From: Squalus acanthias
Taxonomy: Eukaryota
Reading direction: 5' to 3'
Assembly (NCBI GenBank): GCA_030390025.1
Contig: CM059432.1
Span: 32,428,001 to 32,492,000 of the forward strand
DNA: 64,000 nt
Below are positions 60,988 through 64,000 of this stretch, one piece after another. The notes below the pieces were generated by a model. The model did no database searches, was not told the origin of the DNA, and saw only the letters and a program-made list of their open reading frames with translations. The position numbers and the translations under genes were made by a program. Numbering within the stretch: the first letter of the stretch is position 1; every line of letters begins with the position of its first letter.

Positions 60988-62100
60988 AAAGAATGAGCTG
61001 ATTTAACCTGCATTCATTTTATTTTTCCTTTCCCATCATATGATTTGCTTTTGTGATAATAAACAGAATTTTAAAATTCTAACATTTTGGATTCTACGCC
61101 AACTTTCTAGCCATGCTGCATAGAGAAGCCGGTTTCCCACAAGTGCTTTGGCATCTGTGTCCCAGTCCCAGGCTAAATTACAGACAAGTGTCACTGTGGT
61201 CAATTATAGTATTGCCTGCTGACACCAGCTGCATAAAACTAATGCAGTACAGAGCGCAGACCAAACGTAGGTCCATTTGTGTGGCTCACTATCACACTGT
61301 GCAGTAATTTACCCATTAAACAGGGGGTTCTCACTACCGGCTGCCAGTAAGCCCCCCTGCTCTGCAATGGGCGGCATAGCTTTCCGCTGTCCTGTTTTAA
61401 TCAGGACATCACAACAGTAAACTTGATTTTGAGAAAAGTAGCAGCAATGTGCAAAATCCCAAGCCAGCATTAAACAACTGGGGGAACTCTCTCAAATGGA
61501 GAAACAACCATCATCACGTCCTGAAAAGTCATCTGTTTTGATGACTTTATTTTTATTCATTCTTGGGTTGTGGGCGTTGCTGGCAAAGCTGGCATTTATT
61601 GCCCAACCCTAATTGCCCTGGGCCTTCTTCTTGAACCGCTGCACTGTAGCAGTTAAAAGTCAACCATATTGGTGTGGGACTGGGGTCACATATAGGCCAG
61701 ACCGGGTAAGGATATCACGTTTCTTTCCCTAAAGGACATTTGTGAGCCACTTTGGTTTTTACGACAAAAAATAAACTTTTCTTGTAATGTTTGCCTCTTA
61801 TCCTATTGCTTCTATGCCAATTCAACTTGATAGGGTTTGTTGACAATACCTGCAAAAGCAGTCTCCAGGGATTCTTTTGGCCTCTGTTTGACATGTTATC
61901 AGGGCTAAGTTTGGGAACACAGATACCGTTATTCACCAATGCATTGTTTCACCGTGCCAATGTGCAGTTTCAGAAAGTTTTTGTGAACACACAGGTACAC
62001 ACACTGGGCAAGACCTCCGAATATAGGTACTTCCAGAAACACAAAAAGGCTTATTTGTCTTAAAAAATCCCATGGTCCAATTTTAAATTTATACTGATCC

Positions 62101-62359
62101 TAGGGTTGCCAACTCTGATTGGACGTATTCCTGGAGGGTTCATCACGTGACCTCTCACCTCCAACCACCCAGTCCAGCCAAATCGCCTTCTTCCCCATCT
62201 CCAATATTTTTATAATTAATAAACGAAAGTGTTCAAAGAAAATGAAAAAGCATATTTTTAATGCCCCTATGATTTCTTTTCCAGGATTGCTTACAGCAGT
62301 ATCAGTTAATCTTTAATTCCTGGAGACTCCAGGACATTCGTGGAGGGTTAGCAGCCCTA
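62101..62359. mobile_element. hAT-type MITE
   Basis: TIRs tagggttgccaac / gttagcagcccta. 8-bp flanks actgatcc / actggccc match at 6 of 8. Confidence 0.75.
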
Positions 62360-62856
62360 ACTGGCCCCCATTTGGTTGAAAAAGTTTCTACTTTAGGTAG
62401 AATTCACTTACGAGTCAACACAGTGGGCAGCGGTCATGATCTAATTAGGAGTAACAATCGTGCCACCTGTGACAGAATGCACCAGGCTTTGACTGGAATC
62501 TGTATTGCAGAGATATCTGAGGAAGAACATGGGCAGCATCAGATTGGGCTAAACACCGTGGTATGGAGTCAGCCGAGTCAGCTTCAATAAGAATTTTTTA
62601 GGGACAGTTTTTATTATTTTTCTCCTCTTCTGCCTTCCAAAATAGGAATGGGAGAAAGCACAGGATGAGAAAAGACTCTGCTGTCCATCCCAAAACCTAA
62701 TACCCCTCATTCATCCACTCCCTTAAATTTCTATCCAATTCTCCCTTAGATTTTTTCCACACTATTTTTCCCTGCACTCTTAGGCAGTCCATTTTACACA
62801 TTTACCATGCCGTACATAGCATAATTAATTTAAAAGTTTCTGTGTGCCTTCTTTCA

Positions 62857-63454
62857 TAGAATCATAGAAAGTTACAGCACGGAAGGAGGCCATTTCGGCC
62901 CATTGTGTCCGCGCCGGCCAACAAAGAGCTATCCAGCCTAATCCCACCTCCCAGCTCTTGGTCCATAGCCCTGCAGGTTAGAGCATCCCAAGTGCACATC
63001 CAAGTACTTTTTAAATGTGGTTAGGGTTCCTGCCTCTACCACCCTTTCAGGCAGTGAGTTCCAGACCCCCACAACCCTCTGGGTGAAGAAATTTCCCCTC
63101 AAATCCCCTCTAAACCTTCCCCCAATTACTTTAAATCTGTGCCCCCTGGTTTTTGACCCCTCTACTAAGGGAAATAGGTCTTTTCTATCCACTTTATCTA
63201 TGCCCCTCATAATTTTATACAGCTCAATAAGGTCTCCCCTCAGCCTCCTCTGTTCCAAGGAAAACAGACCCAGCCTATCCAGTCTTTCCTCATAGCTAAG
63301 ATTCTCTACTCCCGGCAACATCCTTGTAAATCTGTACCCTCTCAAGTGCAATCACATCCTTCCTGCAATGTGGTGACCAGAACTGCACACAGTACTCTAG
63401 CTGAGGCCTAACTAGTGTTTTATACAGTTGAAGCATAACCCCCCTGCTCTTGTA
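62857..63454 (-). mobile_element. CR1 LINE 3' end
   Basis: ORFs 62938..63351 and 63296..63496(-). Confidence 0.92.
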
Positions 63455-63458
63455 CGAT

Positions 63459-64000
63459 AGCAAAATACTGCAGATGCTGGAAATCCGAAATAACAACAGA
63501 AAACGCTGGAAAAACTCAGCAGGCGAGGCAGCATCCGTGGAGAGAGAAACAGAGTTAACGTTTCAGGTCGATGACCTTTCGTCAGAACTGGAAAGAGCCG
63601 GAAATCAAATAGATTTAAGGCCAGGATAAAGCTGGGAAAAGGGGGAGGGGATAAAGGAACAAAAGGGGAGATTAAGAGACATTAAGAGATATGCAAGGCA
63701 AGAGGTGGTGTTAATGTGACAGGTTAAGGCTGAAAGAAGTGTGAAATCCACTGGCAGAATGAAGGACAGCTGCCAGCTTCTAGGAGGAAAAAAAAGTGGG
63801 CGGGGGGGGCAAATAAAAGGGTGGATGAAAAAATAAAATATAAATGTGATTGGAGCTGAGGTTATGATCTAAAATTGTTGAACTCGATATTGAGTCCAGA
63901 GGGCTGTAAAGTGCCTAAACGAAAGATGAGGTGCTGTTCCTCGAGCTTACGCTGCGCTTCCGTGGAACAGTGTAACAGGCCGAGGACGGTGAGGTCAGAG
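63459..64000 (-). mobile_element. Penelope-like element, second family (GIY-YIG C-terminus and pLTR; runs off the window)
   Basis: Minus frame 63999-63862 reads SDLTVLGLLHCSTEAQRKLEEQHLIFRLGTLQPSGLNIEFNNFRS*. Confidence 0.88.
63553..63589 (-). ncRNA. Minimal hammerhead ribozyme (second family)
   Basis: AGUU-CUGACGA-A-AGGUC-AUC-GACCU-GAAACGUU-AACU. Confidence 0.85.

Overview
Eukaryotic, repeat-dominated vertebrate DNA. The repeat complement (CR1 and L2 LINEs, DeuSINE/SacSINE1-like SINEs, Neptune-type Penelope elements, Harbinger transposons) is typical of a cartilaginous fish; this is an inference and the species is not identified. The only host gene is an intact 8-exon chymotrypsin-like elastase (CELA/CTRC family, 268 aa, + strand, CDS 30063-60905). 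It has a complete His-Asp-Ser triad and an unusual S1 pocket (Gly189/Gly216/Thr226). Most of the rest is transposon-derived and often nested 3-4 layers deep. Highlights: (1) an unprocessed pre-tRNA-Ala(AGC), with leader, trailer and oligo-U, is fused to the 5' end of a CR1 LINE inside one target-site duplication. (2) A cluster of Penelope insertions carries seven minimal hammerhead cores (six with intact stem I), including a 505-bp non-coding palindrome with two outward-facing hammerheads and a recurring tail-on-one-arm asymmetry. (3) A 1484-bp A-rich solo LTR and a SINE tail together form the upstream part of the exon 4 splice acceptor. Exon, TSD and ribozyme coordinates were read base by base; boundaries of old repeat fragments are approximate.
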